A DNA stretch of 64,000 nt from an uncultured Acidobacteriota bacterium (GTDB taxonomy: Bacteria > Acidobacteriota > Blastocatellia > RBC074). A model generated the notes under the pieces. The model saw nothing but the letters and a program-made list of their open reading frames with translations. It was not told the origin of the DNA and searched no databases. The translations under genes were made by a program, and so were the position numbers. The stretch lies in assembly GCA_963796275.1 (NCBI GenBank), contig CAWCKY010000004.1, positions 1,440,001-1,504,000 of the forward strand, in the 5' to 3' direction. Numbering within the stretch: position 1 is the stretch's first letter; the number at the start of each line of letters is the position of its first letter. Positions 52,940 through 64,000 of the stretch are shown one piece after another.

Positions 52940-54718
52940 ATGCTCGATCATTTAGGACAATCGAAACGAACGCATAACTGCGGCGAGCTTCGCCAGGAGC
53001 ACGCCGGACAAAAGGTCACCTTGATGGGCTGGGTCAACAGTTTCCGCGATCACGGGTCTGTACTCTTCGTCCATCTGCGCGATCGCGAAGGAATCACACA
53101 GGTCGTCTTCGACGAAAAATACGATCTCGAATTGCTCACACGCGCCAAGCAGGCACGCTCCGAATACGTGCTCGCCGTAACGGGCGCCTGCGTCATGCGC
53201 GATGGGAAGAATCACAACCCGAACATGCCGACCGGCGAGGTCGAGGTGATCGCCGAGGAGCTCAAGGTCCTCAACGATTCGCAGACACCGCCCTTCGAGA
53301 TCGACAATTGTAAAGCTTCGGAAGAGTTGCGATTGAAGTACCGTTACCTCGATCTGCGGCGGCCGGAGATGCAGATCAACTTCAAACTGCGGCACAAACT
53401 GGCGCTGGCGGCTCGCCGGGTGCTCGACGAGCAGGGATTCTACGAGATCGAGACGCCGATCCTGACCAAGTCAACTCCCGAAGGGGCGCGCGATTACCTG
53501 GTTCCTTCGCGAACATTTCCAGGCAAATTCTTCGCGCTTCCTCAATCGCCGCAGCTCTTCAAACAGTTGTTGATGATCGCCGGATACGATCGCTATTTCC
53601 AGATAGCGCGTTGTTTCCGCGACGAGGACTTGCGAGCGGACCGCCAGCCGGAATTCACCCAGATCGACATCGAGATGAGCTTCGTACAGCCCGATGATGT
53701 CTTCGGCGTGGTCGAACCCCTCGTCTGCGAATTTTTCAGAGTAACCGGGATCGAACCGCCGCAGCGCCCATTCCCCAGGATGTCTTACAAAGACGCGATG
53801 GACCGTTACGGATCGGATAAACCCGACCTGCGGTTCGGGCTGGAGTTCGTCGATCTGAGCGCCCAATTCGAGGGCAGCCCGTTCACACTATTCGCCGATG
53901 CCGTGAAGAAGGGTGGAGCGGTGAAAGGCATCGTCGTGCCCGGGGCGGCCAAGTGGTCGCGCAAGCAGTTCGACGAAATCGTGGAGATCGCCAAACGGTA
54001 CGGCGCCGGCGGGCTCGCCTATATCCAGGTGCTCGAGGGCGAGCGCAAGTCGGCGTTGTCGAAATCCGTCAACGCGGAGGGCATCGAGGCGCTGATCAAG
54101 GCGGCGGGCGCCGAAACCGGCGACGCGGTTATGATGATCGGCGGGAAATGGGACGTCGTATGCACGAGCCTGGGAGCAGTGCGGTTGGAGATCGCGCGCC
54201 GCGAGAACCTGATCAACGAGAACGACTATCGTCTATTGTGGGTCGTCGACTTCCCCATGTTCGAGTATCACGACGACGACAAGCGCTGGTACGCGATGCA
54301 CCATCCATTCACCTCGCCGATCGACGCGGACATCGACAGGCTCGCGGGCGGCGACCTGGGCTCGGTGCGCGCGAAAGCTTACGATCTGGTCTTCAACGGC
54401 AATGAGCTCGGCGGCGGTTCAATTCGAATCCACCGTTCCGACGTGCAGGCGCAGGTCTTCAAGGCGCTGGGGCTGACTGAAGAGGAGGCCCGGGAAAAGT
54501 TCGGTTTCTTCCTCGATGCGTTGAGTTTCGGTACGCCGCCGCACGGAGGCATTGCGCTGGGCCTCGATCGAATCGCGATGCTGTTTGCCAAGGGTAAATC
54601 GCTGCGCGAGGTGATCGCATTTCCGAAGGTTGCAAGCGGGTCGGATTTGATGACCGATAGCCCGAGCGCGGTCTCGCCCGAACAGCTTGCGGAGTTGAAG
54701 ATCAAAACGCTGGCTTAA
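52940..54718 (+). CDS. aspS: Aspartate--tRNA ligase (RDHG motif suggests the non-discriminating type)
   Basis: RTHNCGEL, RLKYRYLDLRR, STPEGARDYLVPSR, CFRDEDLRADRQPEFTQ, PPHGGIALGLDR. Confidence 0.97.
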   Translation: MLDHLGQSKRTHNCGELRQEHAGQKVTLMGWVNSFRDHGSVLFVHLRDREGITQVVFDEKYDLELLTRAKQARSEYVLAVTGACVMRDGKNHNPNMPTGEVEVIAEELKVLNDSQTPPFEIDNCKASEELRLKYRYLDLRRPEMQINFKLRHKLALAARRVLDEQGFYEIETPILTKSTPEGARDYLVPSRTFPGKFFALPQSPQLFKQLLMIAGYDRYFQIARCFRDEDLRADRQPEFTQIDIEMSFVQPDDVFGVVEPLVCEFFRVTGIEPPQRPFPRMSYKDAMDRYGSDKPDLRFGLEFVDLSAQFEGSPFTLFADAVKKGGAVKGIVVPGAAKWSRKQFDEIVEIAKRYGAGGLAYIQVLEGERKSALSKSVNAEGIEALIKAAGAETGDAVMMIGGKWDVVCTSLGAVRLEIARRENLINENDYRLLWVVDFPMFEYHDDDKRWYAMHHPFTSPIDADIDRLAGGDLGSVRAKAYDLVFNGNELGGGSIRIHRSDVQAQVFKALGLTEEEAREKFGFFLDALSFGTPPHGGIALGLDRIAMLFAKGKSLREVIAFPKVASGSDLMTDSPSAVSPEQLAELKIKTLA

Positions 54719-54719
54719 G

Positions 54720-56717
54720 ATGTCAAAGATTCGTGTTCTTCCCGACAACCTCGCCAATAAGATAGCCGCCGGCGAAGTCGTAGAGCGCCCCGCATCGATC
54801 GTCAAAGAGCTGATAGAGAATTCGATCGATGCCGGCGCAAAACAGATCGAGGTCGCGATCGAATATGGCGGGCGGCGCCTGATCCGTATCAGCGACGACG
54901 GCGAAGGCATGTTGCGCGATGATGCGATACTGGCATTTGAGCGCCACGCGACCAGCAAGATAAAAACGGCGGATGACCTGCATGGGATCATTACGCTGGG
55001 ATTTCGCGGTGAAGCTCTCGCCGCGATCGCATCGGTCGCAAAGGTCAGGCTGCGCACGCAGACGGCCGAGGATATCGTCGGCACGGAGATCGAGATCGCC
55101 GGCGGGCGGATGCTCAAGGTGAGAGATACGGCCTTCACCCGCGGCGCCGAGTTCGAGATTCGCGATATCTTTTTCAACACGCCGGCGCGCCGTAATTTCC
55201 TCAGGTCCGAAGCGACCGAGAGTTTTCACATCTCCAATCTAGTCACCCATTACGCCCTGGCTCATCCGCAGCACTCTTTCGTTCTGATAAACAACGACCG
55301 CGAAAGCATTCGCGTCACTCCGACCGTCAGCCTGCGCGAGCGCGCCTATCAGCTATTCGGAGGAGAGTTCATCGGAAATCTCATCGAAGTCGCGGGAGAG
55401 ACCGGTTCGATGAGCGTGCAGGGGTTCGTGTCATCGCCATCGGCCACGCGGACATCGCGCGACAGCCAGTACTTTTTCATAAACGGGCGCTACGTTCGGG
55501 ATAAAGTCTTGAACAAAGCGCTATCCGAAGCTTATCGCGCGATGATCCCGTCCGGCGTCTTCCCTTCGGCGATGATCTTCGTCGTAATCCCGCCGAACGA
55601 AGTCGACGTCAACGTTCACCCGGCTAAGACCGAAGTGAGATTCCTGCGCTCGGCCATAGTTCACGATCTGGTACGCGACGCAGTGCGCGATGCGATCAGC
55701 GCGGCCAAAGCGGCGGTAACGCGCTTCCCCGAGAAAAGACCCGAACCCGCCACACCGAAACCACATGCGCCTTCGGAGCCGGTTGTCTTTCGAGAGAATG
55801 CGCCTCACGTATCGCGAGAGGAAATGCGCTCGGCTTTTCGGCTACAAGTTCCACAACCTCCACCGCCGCCGCCTCAACAACAAAAGATCGATCTCGGTTT
55901 CAAACGACCAACAGAATCGCGGGAAACCGAGGCGCTCATATCACCGCCGGATCCGTCTCTTCCGGATCAGCAGGCAGATATTGACGAACCGCCCATCACC
56001 AGGGAAGAGATTGCGCTCGAGGAACCGGCAAATCGCGAGCCGGATGAGCCGCTACGCTACGGTAAGCATATCGGCTGTCTCGGCGCTCGAGGTGTAGAGA
56101 ACGAGCATCTCAAACCGGCGCAGAACCTGACGCTTGTAGCTGATGAAATAAATCCTATCGGCCAGCTTCATAACAGCTTCATCATCGCCGCCGATCGCAC
56201 CGGCCTCTTGTTAATCGACCAGCACGTCGCGCACGAACGCATTCTATTTGAGCAACATTGGCGCGCTTTGCGGGGGAAACGAGTCGAAGTCCAGCGAATG
56301 CTCATTCCTGAGATGCTCGAACTATCGCCCGCACAGGCGACCGTGTTCGATCAACTACTACCGGAGCTTGAGGAGAATGGTTTTGAACTCGGCATGCTTT
56401 CCGGCCGCACTATCGCGATAAAAGCCATGCCCGCGATGCTGGCCCCGGGCACTGCACAGGCGCTGTTAGCCGAATTACTCGAGGCGATTGAAGAAGAGCG
56501 GCGCGGCCTTTCTCTCGATGAATTGAGGGCTGAAATCGCCGCCAGCCTCGCATGCCGTGCCGCGATCAAGATCAACATGCCGCTCGCACCCGAAAAGATG
56601 CGCTGGCTGATCGACGAGTTGCTGAGAATGGAAAACCCGGCAACATGCCCTCACGGCAGACCGATAATTCTGCGATTAACTGCGCGTGAAATTGAGAAGG
56701 GTTTTCAGCGCACCTGA
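54720..56717 (+). CDS. mutL: DNA mismatch repair endonuclease MutL
   Basis: NKIAAGEVVERP, GFRGEAL, DVNVHPAKTEVRF, DQHVAHERILFE, ACRAAIK, CPHGRP. Confidence 0.97.
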   Translation: MSKIRVLPDNLANKIAAGEVVERPASIVKELIENSIDAGAKQIEVAIEYGGRRLIRISDDGEGMLRDDAILAFERHATSKIKTADDLHGIITLGFRGEALAAIASVAKVRLRTQTAEDIVGTEIEIAGGRMLKVRDTAFTRGAEFEIRDIFFNTPARRNFLRSEATESFHISNLVTHYALAHPQHSFVLINNDRESIRVTPTVSLRERAYQLFGGEFIGNLIEVAGETGSMSVQGFVSSPSATRTSRDSQYFFINGRYVRDKVLNKALSEAYRAMIPSGVFPSAMIFVVIPPNEVDVNVHPAKTEVRFLRSAIVHDLVRDAVRDAISAAKAAVTRFPEKRPEPATPKPHAPSEPVVFRENAPHVSREEMRSAFRLQVPQPPPPPPQQQKIDLGFKRPTESRETEALISPPDPSLPDQQADIDEPPITREEIALEEPANREPDEPLRYGKHIGCLGARGVENEHLKPAQNLTLVADEINPIGQLHNSFIIAADRTGLLLIDQHVAHERILFEQHWRALRGKRVEVQRMLIPEMLELSPAQATVFDQLLPELEENGFELGMLSGRTIAIKAMPAMLAPGTAQALLAELLEAIEEERRGLSLDELRAEIAASLACRAAIKINMPLAPEKMRWLIDELLRMENPATCPHGRPIILRLTAREIEKGFQRT

Positions 56718-56725
56718 AAACAGAA

Positions 56726-56801
56726 CATTTGTCATTTTGTCATTTGTCATTGAAGAAACGCGGCGAACCCAATGACAAATGTTAAATGTTAAATGTTAAA
56801 T
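56726..56801. repeat. Heptamer repeat hairpin (CATTTGT)n / (AAATGTT, AATGACA)n between convergent mutL and pta; possible bidirectional terminator
   Basis: catttgtcattttgtcatttgtcattg ... caatgacaaatgttaaatgttaaatgttaaat. Confidence 0.8.
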
Positions 56802-57815
56802 TTACTGCTGTTCGCGGTTTCTCGCCTGTGCCTGCACCGCTGTGATCGCGACGACATCGACGATATCATCCGCTTTACACCCGCGCGAAAGATCGTTGGC
56901 CGGTTTATCGAGGCCCTGGAGTATCGGCCCGATGGCCGTCGCGCCAGCCAATCGTTCAGTCAGCTTATAACCGATGTTACCAGAATTGAGGTCAGGGAAG
57001 ATCAGGATGTTTGCGCGGCCCGCCACCGTTGAACCTTTGGCCTTCGATGCGCCGATGCCGGGGATCAACGCTGCATCAAGCTGTAACTCACCATCGACCT
57101 CGAGCTCGGGCGCGCGGACGCGCACCGTCTTCGTAGCCTCGACGATTTTGTCCACCATCGGATGGCCCGCGGATCCTTTGGTCGAGAAGGAGAGCATCGC
57201 CACCCTGGGTTCCACCTCGAGCAGCGCGCGGCAGGTACCGGCGGATGAAATGGCGATCTCGGCGAGCTGCCCTGCCGTCGGGTTGATAACGACCGCTGCA
57301 TCGGCAAAGATCAAAGCCCCGTCGGCCCCCAATTCCCGGTTCGGCACGACCATAACGAAGACCGATGAAACCAGATTGACGCCCTGCCGAAACCCGATGG
57401 TAATGAGCGCGGCGCGGACTGTATGCGCCGTCGTGTTCGTAGCTCCCGCCACGGATCCGTCCGCTCTCCCGTTTTTCACCATTATATTGCCGAAATAGAG
57501 CGGATCGAGTATCTGCTTCCTGGCTTCATCCAGCGTCATACCTTTTGAACGACGCAGTTCATGAAGTTCTTTCGTGTATCGATCGAGATCAGGCGAACGG
57601 CGATGATCGATGATCGTAATATTGGTTAACGAAATGCCCAATGCGGAGGCACTATTTCTTATCCTGTCTTCGTCGCCTATCAGGGTGACTCGCGCAATGC
57701 GCTCTTCAACTACACGCGCTGCGGCGATGATGGTCCTCTCATCCTCTCCTTCGGGCAGAACAATATGCTGGGGCGAAGCGGCTGCCCGCGTTCTCAGTTT
57801 TTTCAAAATATCCAT
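56802..57815 (-). CDS. pta: Phosphate acetyltransferase (short form)
   Basis: [51 protein letters not shown]. Confidence 0.95.
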   Translation of the reverse strand: MDILKKLRTRAAASPQHIVLPEGEDERTIIAAARVVEERIARVTLIGDEDRIRNSASALGISLTNITIIDHRRSPDLDRYTKELHELRRSKGMTLDEARKQILDPLYFGNIMVKNGRADGSVAGATNTTAHTVRAALITIGFRQGVNLVSSVFVMVVPNRELGADGALIFADAAVVINPTAGQLAEIAISSAGTCRALLEVEPRVAMLSFSTKGSAGHPMVDKIVEATKTVRVRAPELEVDGELQLDAALIPGIGASKAKGSTVAGRANILIFPDLNSGNIGYKLTERLAGATAIGPILQGLDKPANDLSRGCKADDIVDVVAITAVQAQARNREQQ

Positions 57816-57829
57816 AAAAATTCAGATTG

Positions 57830-58465
57830 TTATTTGTTGTCGGTCGCAGTACTTACGGTATTGCGGCGACGACGCAAATAAAGAAAAAGAAAGATTATTA
57901 TTACTCCGCCCAGGGCTATGCTCATAATTTTGCTATAGATTCCGATATATTCGGCCGCGCTTCGCCAGTTATTGGCAAAGATCATGCCTAGATATAGCAG
58001 AACCCCATTCCACACCATCGCACTCAGTGCGCAGAGGCACGTAGTGAATGCGAGGTTCATCTTCGACATGCCGGCGAAGATGGATACGATCGCGCGCGTT
58101 CCGGCGAGAAAGCGATTTGCCACAATCACGCCGTAACCGTAACGTTGAAACAATTTCTCGACCTGATGAATTGCGCCGACAGGCAGGTAGCGACCGAACT
58201 TTCCGGATACGACATGCTGCTCAAAATATCGCCCGAGCAGGTAAGCCGTCATGAAACCGAGCGTGCTGCCGAGCGTGGCGAGGATCAGGGCAGGTGCAAA
58301 ATCGATAGTCCCAATTCCGATCAACGTTCCCGCGAAGACCAGCAATACGTCGCTCGGCGCTGGCGGAAAAACGTTTTCGATATAAGCGATAAAGAACATC
58401 AGGGCCAGCACGCTATAGGGGGACAACTGCTGTAGCCAGGAAATAAATTGCTCTATGACATCCAT
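57830..58465 (-). CDS. DedA family membrane protein
   Basis: IENVFPPAPSDVLL, GSTLG...Y.LGR, RFLAGTRAIVSIFAG. Confidence 0.92.
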   Translation of the reverse strand: MDVIEQFISWLQQLSPYSVLALMFFIAYIENVFPPAPSDVLLVFAGTLIGIGTIDFAPALILATLGSTLGFMTAYLLGRYFEQHVVSGKFGRYLPVGAIHQVEKLFQRYGYGVIVANRFLAGTRAIVSIFAGMSKMNLAFTTCLCALSAMVWNGVLLYLGMIFANNWRSAAEYIGIYSKIMSIALGGVIIIFLFLYLRRRRNTVSTATDNK

Positions 58466-58572
58466 AAGGAATTAGGCCTTTTAATTCTCAGAAAATTGCC
58501 AGGATTTAAAAGGCTTTCAGGATAAGTAAAACCGTGTAATTCCCTGAAGAAACTGATAAATCCCGCATTTTC

Positions 58573-59166
58573 TCACTCCATACGTAATTCCTTCAACGCA
58601 TCAATTAAATCTTCAATCAATCCGTCAACTCCGAGCTCGGCGAAACCATCGGCGCTCTCCCAGAATTCTTGCAAATGCCGTGCTCCACCCTTTTCATATT
58701 CATGCGCCTGTATCAGGAGATCGAGCTTGTCAGCCGCTTTGACCAGTCGGGCCTCCAGGCTCACGCGGTCTTCATAATCGCGCCAGATCTCGATGTACTT
58801 TCTACCAGGAGCGCCGAGGTTTGTCAGTATCCCTGTGGCGATTCGTTCTTCAGCCGCCTTGAAGGCAGGTGGATCAAAGAATTGTTTAATCGGGTTTGGC
58901 AGATCGCCCATCCGAACCTCGTGGAGATCGTGGAGCAAAGCCATGCGCAAAACCCGCTCGATATTGACGGCCATCCCTCTCGCTTCGGCACGGTCAGCGA
59001 GGAGCATAGCGATGAAAGCTACACCGAACGAGTGCGCCGCGACCGATTCAACATCCCGCACGCCTCGCAACAGCCACCCAATTCGCGGAACAGCTTTCAA
59101 TCGAACCATTTCCACGAGTAGCTCCATCACTTGAGAGGTTTCCAACGATCGTCCTGAATACTTCAC
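58573..59166 (-). CDS. HD-domain hydrolase (YfbR/HDDC2-like 5'-deoxynucleotidase)
   Basis: LKAVPRIGW, ESVAAHS, ALLHDLHE...GD, VKAADKLD. Confidence 0.9.
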   Translation of the reverse strand: MKYSGRSLETSQVMELLVEMVRLKAVPRIGWLLRGVRDVESVAAHSFGVAFIAMLLADRAEARGMAVNIERVLRMALLHDLHEVRMGDLPNPIKQFFDPPAFKAAEERIATGILTNLGAPGRKYIEIWRDYEDRVSLEARLVKAADKLDLLIQAHEYEKGGARHLQEFWESADGFAELGVDGLIEDLIDALKELRME

Positions 59167-59172
59167 GCCCTG

Positions 59173-59201
59173 AAGCTAACGGTTTTGGCGCGACGCGTCA
59201 A
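59173..59201 (-). promoter_or_regulatory. Sigma70 promoter predicting a leaderless HD-hydrolase mRNA
   Basis: Minus strand TTGACG-17 bp-TAGCTT, 6 nt before the GTG start. Confidence 0.55.
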
Positions 59202-59222
59202 CCGTGTTATATATTTTGCATT

Positions 59223-60275
<1,053 letters not shown>

Positions 60276-60307
60276 AGCGCTCAATGGTTTGTGATGCCGA
60301 GGTATGG

Positions 60308-60336
60308 TTGACAGCCGGGCTTCAGGTCAGTACTAT
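60308..60336 (+). promoter_or_regulatory. Near-consensus sigma70 promoter of tRNA-Phe
   Basis: TTGACA-17 bp-TACTAT, 13 nt before the tRNA. Confidence 0.85.
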
Positions 60337-60349
60337 GCCACTTCGATTT

Positions 60350-60425
<76 letters not shown>

Positions 60426-60441
60426 GTAGAATCAAAGAGTT

Positions 60442-60471
60442 ACGGCCACCAATCGGTGGCCGTTTTCATTT
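60442..60471 (+). terminator. Intrinsic terminator after tRNA-Phe
   Basis: ACGGCCACC-aatc-GGTGGCCGT followed by TTTCATTT. Confidence 0.75.
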
Positions 60472-60553
60472 ACTCACGCTTTCACTCACGCATTCAATCG
60501 CGAAATTTTTTTTTGCATGCTTTCCTTTCTCGAGAGCACGGGGGGACAAATAC

Positions 60554-61630
60554 TCACGGCGATACGACCGGCGCGCCAAGGAATTTTCCGTAGCGGCTGG
60601 CGGCCTCGTTGATGGCGTTGGTCTCAGCCCGCTTGAGTTTCGAGAAGTGGTTCGGAGAAATTGCAAGAGAGTCCTTCTTGAGCGCCCGCTTCCAGATTCC
60701 AACGACCTGGCCGTCCACGACAATCGTCGGAAATAGGGTGCCGTTTCCTGTATTCGCCAGTTTTGTATAGGCCAGGTCGAGCACGGCGCTGCGGTTTTTG
60801 TAGGCGACCGTGTACTCGTCGAAAGCCGGCAGTAGGTAAGCGGCCGGCGACGGATCATTTGTATCTGGCATCGACGAAGCTAGCCAGTAGGTCTGACCGT
60901 CAGCGGTTTCTTGTGTGAGGTGCCGCTTCGCCATTTCAAGACCGGCGCTCGCGTCGGTTTTTGTAAGTCCGGACCACCAGGCGAAATCCTGCAATGTCGC
61001 CGGGCCGCGACTCGTGAAATAGCGCTTGGCGAGTTCGGCCAGCGATTCATCGCGCGACATTCGTTTCGTCTTCGGCACCCATTCATCGAGCAACACAAAG
61101 GTTTGCTGCTTACCTTCGCGCGCGCCGAAGCATATGGCGCCGTCCTGCGCCAGGCCCCACAAGATGTGTCGGCCGCGTTGGCCGGCCGGTGAAACGCCTC
61201 CCTCTTCCAACACCTTATACATTGAGGTTCTGGCCAGTCGCTTGCCGCCCTGCAGCGCGCGTTGGAACAATTCTTTACTGCGCGCGAATGCGCTCTCATC
61301 CAGGTCGAACCGCCGCAGGAAGGTTTGCGCGATGTTTGCCACAATGCGCGGAGTCATCAGTTCAAGCATCCAGCGCGCGTCCGCCGCCGCCACGAAATGC
61401 AGCGTACCTCGCATCGGCCACGTGCGAATAATCGTTCGATTGGCGAGCGCCCGCTCGATATCGGCTTCGACCGCATTCCGCATGCGCAATCCGACCGCCC
61501 AGAGCGCGCCGAGATAATCCTGAGCCTGGACGGCGCCCATCCATGCCACGACATCGGCAGGCCGCTCGAACGTGGCGCCGGCAATGCGCTGGTTATGGAG
61601 CCGGAGACGCGCGATATCAGAGTTTGTCAT
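60554..61630 (-). CDS. Winged-helix HTH_42 family protein (AlkZ/YcaQ-like DNA glycosylase)
   Basis: GAVQAQD (QxQ motif), RTWPMRGTLH, GPATLQDFAWWSG, LLPAFDEY, VVDGQVVGIW. Confidence 0.88.
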   Translation of the reverse strand: MTNSDIARLRLHNQRIAGATFERPADVVAWMGAVQAQDYLGALWAVGLRMRNAVEADIERALANRTIIRTWPMRGTLHFVAAADARWMLELMTPRIVANIAQTFLRRFDLDESAFARSKELFQRALQGGKRLARTSMYKVLEEGGVSPAGQRGRHILWGLAQDGAICFGAREGKQQTFVLLDEWVPKTKRMSRDESLAELAKRYFTSRGPATLQDFAWWSGLTKTDASAGLEMAKRHLTQETADGQTYWLASSMPDTNDPSPAAYLLPAFDEYTVAYKNRSAVLDLAYTKLANTGNGTLFPTIVVDGQVVGIWKRALKKDSLAISPNHFSKLKRAETNAINEAASRYGKFLGAPVVSP

Positions 61631-61787
61631 AAGCTTGATTATAGATACGAAAAGTTGTTCCGGTACAGTGGCTTTATTGGAATGGCTTAGAGATTAGGGT
61701 AAAGGAGCACACGAAGACTGGATGAGCGGATTTTCTAGGTCGTACCGCTTGTGGTAGCCTGATTACAGAAGAACTGAAGTAGCGTAT

Positions 61788-62162
61788 TCAATCGTTATTC
61801 CACTGAACGAGCTTTTCGAGCTCTGCTTGGGTAAAAGCTTTCTTCCTCGCCGGAAGACCGACTTCATCGCATTTCCGCCATAAAGTGGTACGTGACCAGC
61901 CTGTTATCTGCAGCACCTCATTCCTCTTATATATAGGCTTGGGAATTGGTTTATCTATACCGAACTCCTCAACTCTGTGCAGAGCTAAAAAAAGAGCGCG
62001 CAAATCAATCGCATGAATCTCCACGACGTAAGTCGCCATAGCTGAGCATTCACTACGTATATGCTTGACTACATCAATGAGGTGTTTGACGGCCTGACCT
62101 GCCTCCGCAGCGGATACCTCAGACATAAAACTTTTCTTTAGAGAAGCCATCTTCAAACTCAT
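61788..62162 (-). CDS. Small protein with C-terminal AlpA/excisionase-like HTH
   Basis: YKRNEVLQITGWSRTTLWRK; visibly more AT-rich than its neighbours. Confidence 0.6.
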   Translation of the reverse strand: MSLKMASLKKSFMSEVSAAEAGQAVKHLIDVVKHIRSECSAMATYVVEIHAIDLRALFLALHRVEEFGIDKPIPKPIYKRNEVLQITGWSRTTLWRKCDEVGLPARKKAFTQAELEKLVQWNND

Positions 62163-62168
62163 ATCATT

Positions 62169-64000
62169 TCAGTATCGCAGCGCAAGTCCCTGTTCCATAT
62201 CGCGTGCAACATTGTGGCCTACGGAGCTGACAACAGACGAGAGTGCGCGCAATCTGGCAGCCTCGAAGGACGCGTCGCGAACTTGCGTGGCGGCGCTGAC
62301 CGCCCCGTTATAGCTAACCTTGTTTGCCTGCAAATCGAGTTGATACCCTTGATCAACACCGCCCTTGGCGACCGCCGCGCCGCGATTGGCTCCGGCAATG
62401 GATTGTGTTGCGCCGGCGATCTCCGCAAATGTCAGCCCCATAGAACGCCACCGGTTCGCATTAATCATTTCCCCGAGATAGGCTCCTTGATTTTGGGTGA
62501 GTGCCCATGATGCCGTCTCCTGGTTGGCTATCCTCGCATCGAACGCTTCAGTGAGCGCTCGCTGCTTTCCATCGGCGCGATTCTGAATAGCCTGATATTG
62601 TTGGTATAGCCCGTAAGCCCCTCCGCCAAGCTCTACGATGGAACCCGCTATACGACCCTGAAGAGTCTGCCTGCCGGTGTTGGAATCAGACAGTCCCGTG
62701 CGAACGGCTCCGCCAAGCCATTCCGATCCCTTGATGACCTTGGTTCCCAGCCAGCCCTGTGTGTCGGCGGCGCGATCGGTTTCGATATTGGAGCTCTGCT
62801 GCTTGCGCTCCGCTTTCATATCGGCTATCGCCTGATCGTTGCGCGCCCAGATGTCTCTCGTGTTCAATCTGGCCAGGGCGGAGGCGCTCTCATTGGCATA
62901 CATCCTCTCAGTGTTTATCGTGCCTACCGCTCGCAGAAATCCACCGTAGGTTCCTTCCACCGAAGAGATGCGGTTCCCTTCGATTCCGGTGATGCTTCGA
63001 ATCCGATTGGACAGAGCGCTGAGTTTCCCGGATTCATATGCGGCCCCGGCGCGCGTCAACTCGCCCATGAATTGTCCCTGCGCCTGAACCCTCTCAGCCT
63101 GACTGCTGATTGAGGCCGCCATCGCGGAGCTGTACAACTCGATCCCCGCTCCGACCAGAGCGCCGGCCCAGCCCGAGACGGTCGACGAGACTGATTCGTA
63201 GACCTGCCCCATCGCTACTTTCTAAGCGATCACCGGCGACATCCAGAGCGACAGCCCGGCGATGGTCATTATCACTATTGCGATGATGACCGTGTAGAAC
63301 GGTTCCGCGCCGGAGGTCATGATCTCTGCCCATGGTCTGCGGGTCCCACTGATAGACAACATCGCTGGCGTCCAGTGACATCGCCAGGTTGCCTCCCATA
63401 TAGGCGAAAGCTCTGATCAATTGGGCAACGACCGGCCAGATAAGCGTTAAAACAATCGTTCCCCACAGAAACGGGTAGGAAATTTTGTTCGCCAGATTGC
63501 GGTCGATCGCCAGCGCGATCATCAGCGGCGCAGCCAGCTTCACGGCGATCATCAGAAACCCGCCGATCAGCCAGCAGGTACAGGTCCCCGAAAGCAAGAA
63601 TTCCTCGCGCGAAACTCAAGATCGAGAAGAGCAACGGCAGATCGCGCGAGATCGTCTCGAACTTTTTATTGACTCCTTTAGGTGAGGCGACCACATCCCG
63701 TAGCACGCCGAGCACGGCTTCTCCTCCGCCCGGGCGTGGCTTCAACTTCTCGCCCGTGGGTTCGACTGTGAAATGCCCTCTGGTGAATCTGCGGTAACCC
63801 GCTTCAAAGCTCTTGCGATGATTATTGTAGAACCTGTACAGAACGTTATTACTGGTCCCGCTTCCGCCCCAGGCAATCTCCTGCCCAATCAGGTCGAGTT
63901 TGCTGACGATTGCCGGTCCGCTCCCCGCCAACACGAAAATGACGGCGACTCTCCCGAACCACCAGAAAAGATCGGCGCCAGCGCCCGAGTTCTCCCGCCA
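62169..64000 (-). pseudogene. Disrupted polytopic membrane protein with long Ala/Gly/Gln-rich tail; resembles an extended VirB6/TrbL conjugation component; 5' end beyond the window
   Basis: Continuous hydrophobic protein across three frames (WRENSGAGADLFWWFGR...LAFGDLYL / LIGGFLMIAVKLAAP...QWDPQTM / AEIMTSGAEPFY...WMSPVIA*KVAMGQVYES), with two frameshifts (~63575, ~63330) and an in-frame TAG at 63222-63224. The VirB6 assignment rests on architecture and context only. Confidence 0.55.

Noticed and set aside
63222-63224. Pyrrolysine or recoded TAG in the VirB6-like gene
   Set aside because: No pyl genes are visible, TAG ends normal genes here (larC, hisS), and the same gene has two frameshifts.

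Overview
This is a GC-rich bacterial chromosome segment. The gene content (acidobacterial-type VWA protein, FG-GAP/UnbV protein, hpnH) and the intergenic repeat style suggest Acidobacteriota, possibly Blastocatellia; that is an inference. Left to right: a minus-strand signalling operon (sigma54 activator, cupredoxin-like secreted protein, HAMP histidine kinase, receiver protein, and an outer-membrane porin-like gene that runs off the left edge and is missing from the ORF track); hpnH; an M28 peptidase; nucleoside uptake and salvage genes; ispDF, yacL, a VWA protein and trmFO; a methyltransferase-GT2-asnB cluster; lepB, a TPR/FG-GAP/UnbV protein and a triple-PA14 protein; folC, uxaC, a Tat oxidoreductase, hemY, an L,D-transpeptidase and larC; a 409-bp TIR-bounded element filled with REP-like hairpins; two tandem ~2,000-aa thioester alpha-2-macroglobulins with unrelated bait regions but an apparently identical 710-bp 3' end; a CinA-N-like gene, hisS, aspS, mutL, pta, dedA, an HD hydrolase and dusB; and tRNA-Phe followed by what looks like the edge of a decaying integrative conjugative element. 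About ten small frameshifts, several in housekeeping genes, suggest uncorrected long-read indels. The best candidate for an undescribed system is the alpha-2-macroglobulin pair (variable bait, homogenised C-terminus, one bait resembling TonB-dependent receptor motifs). Next come inverted repeats that encode signal peptides, and the cupredoxin/kinase/porin sigma54 module. All calls were made by eye; no database searches were run.
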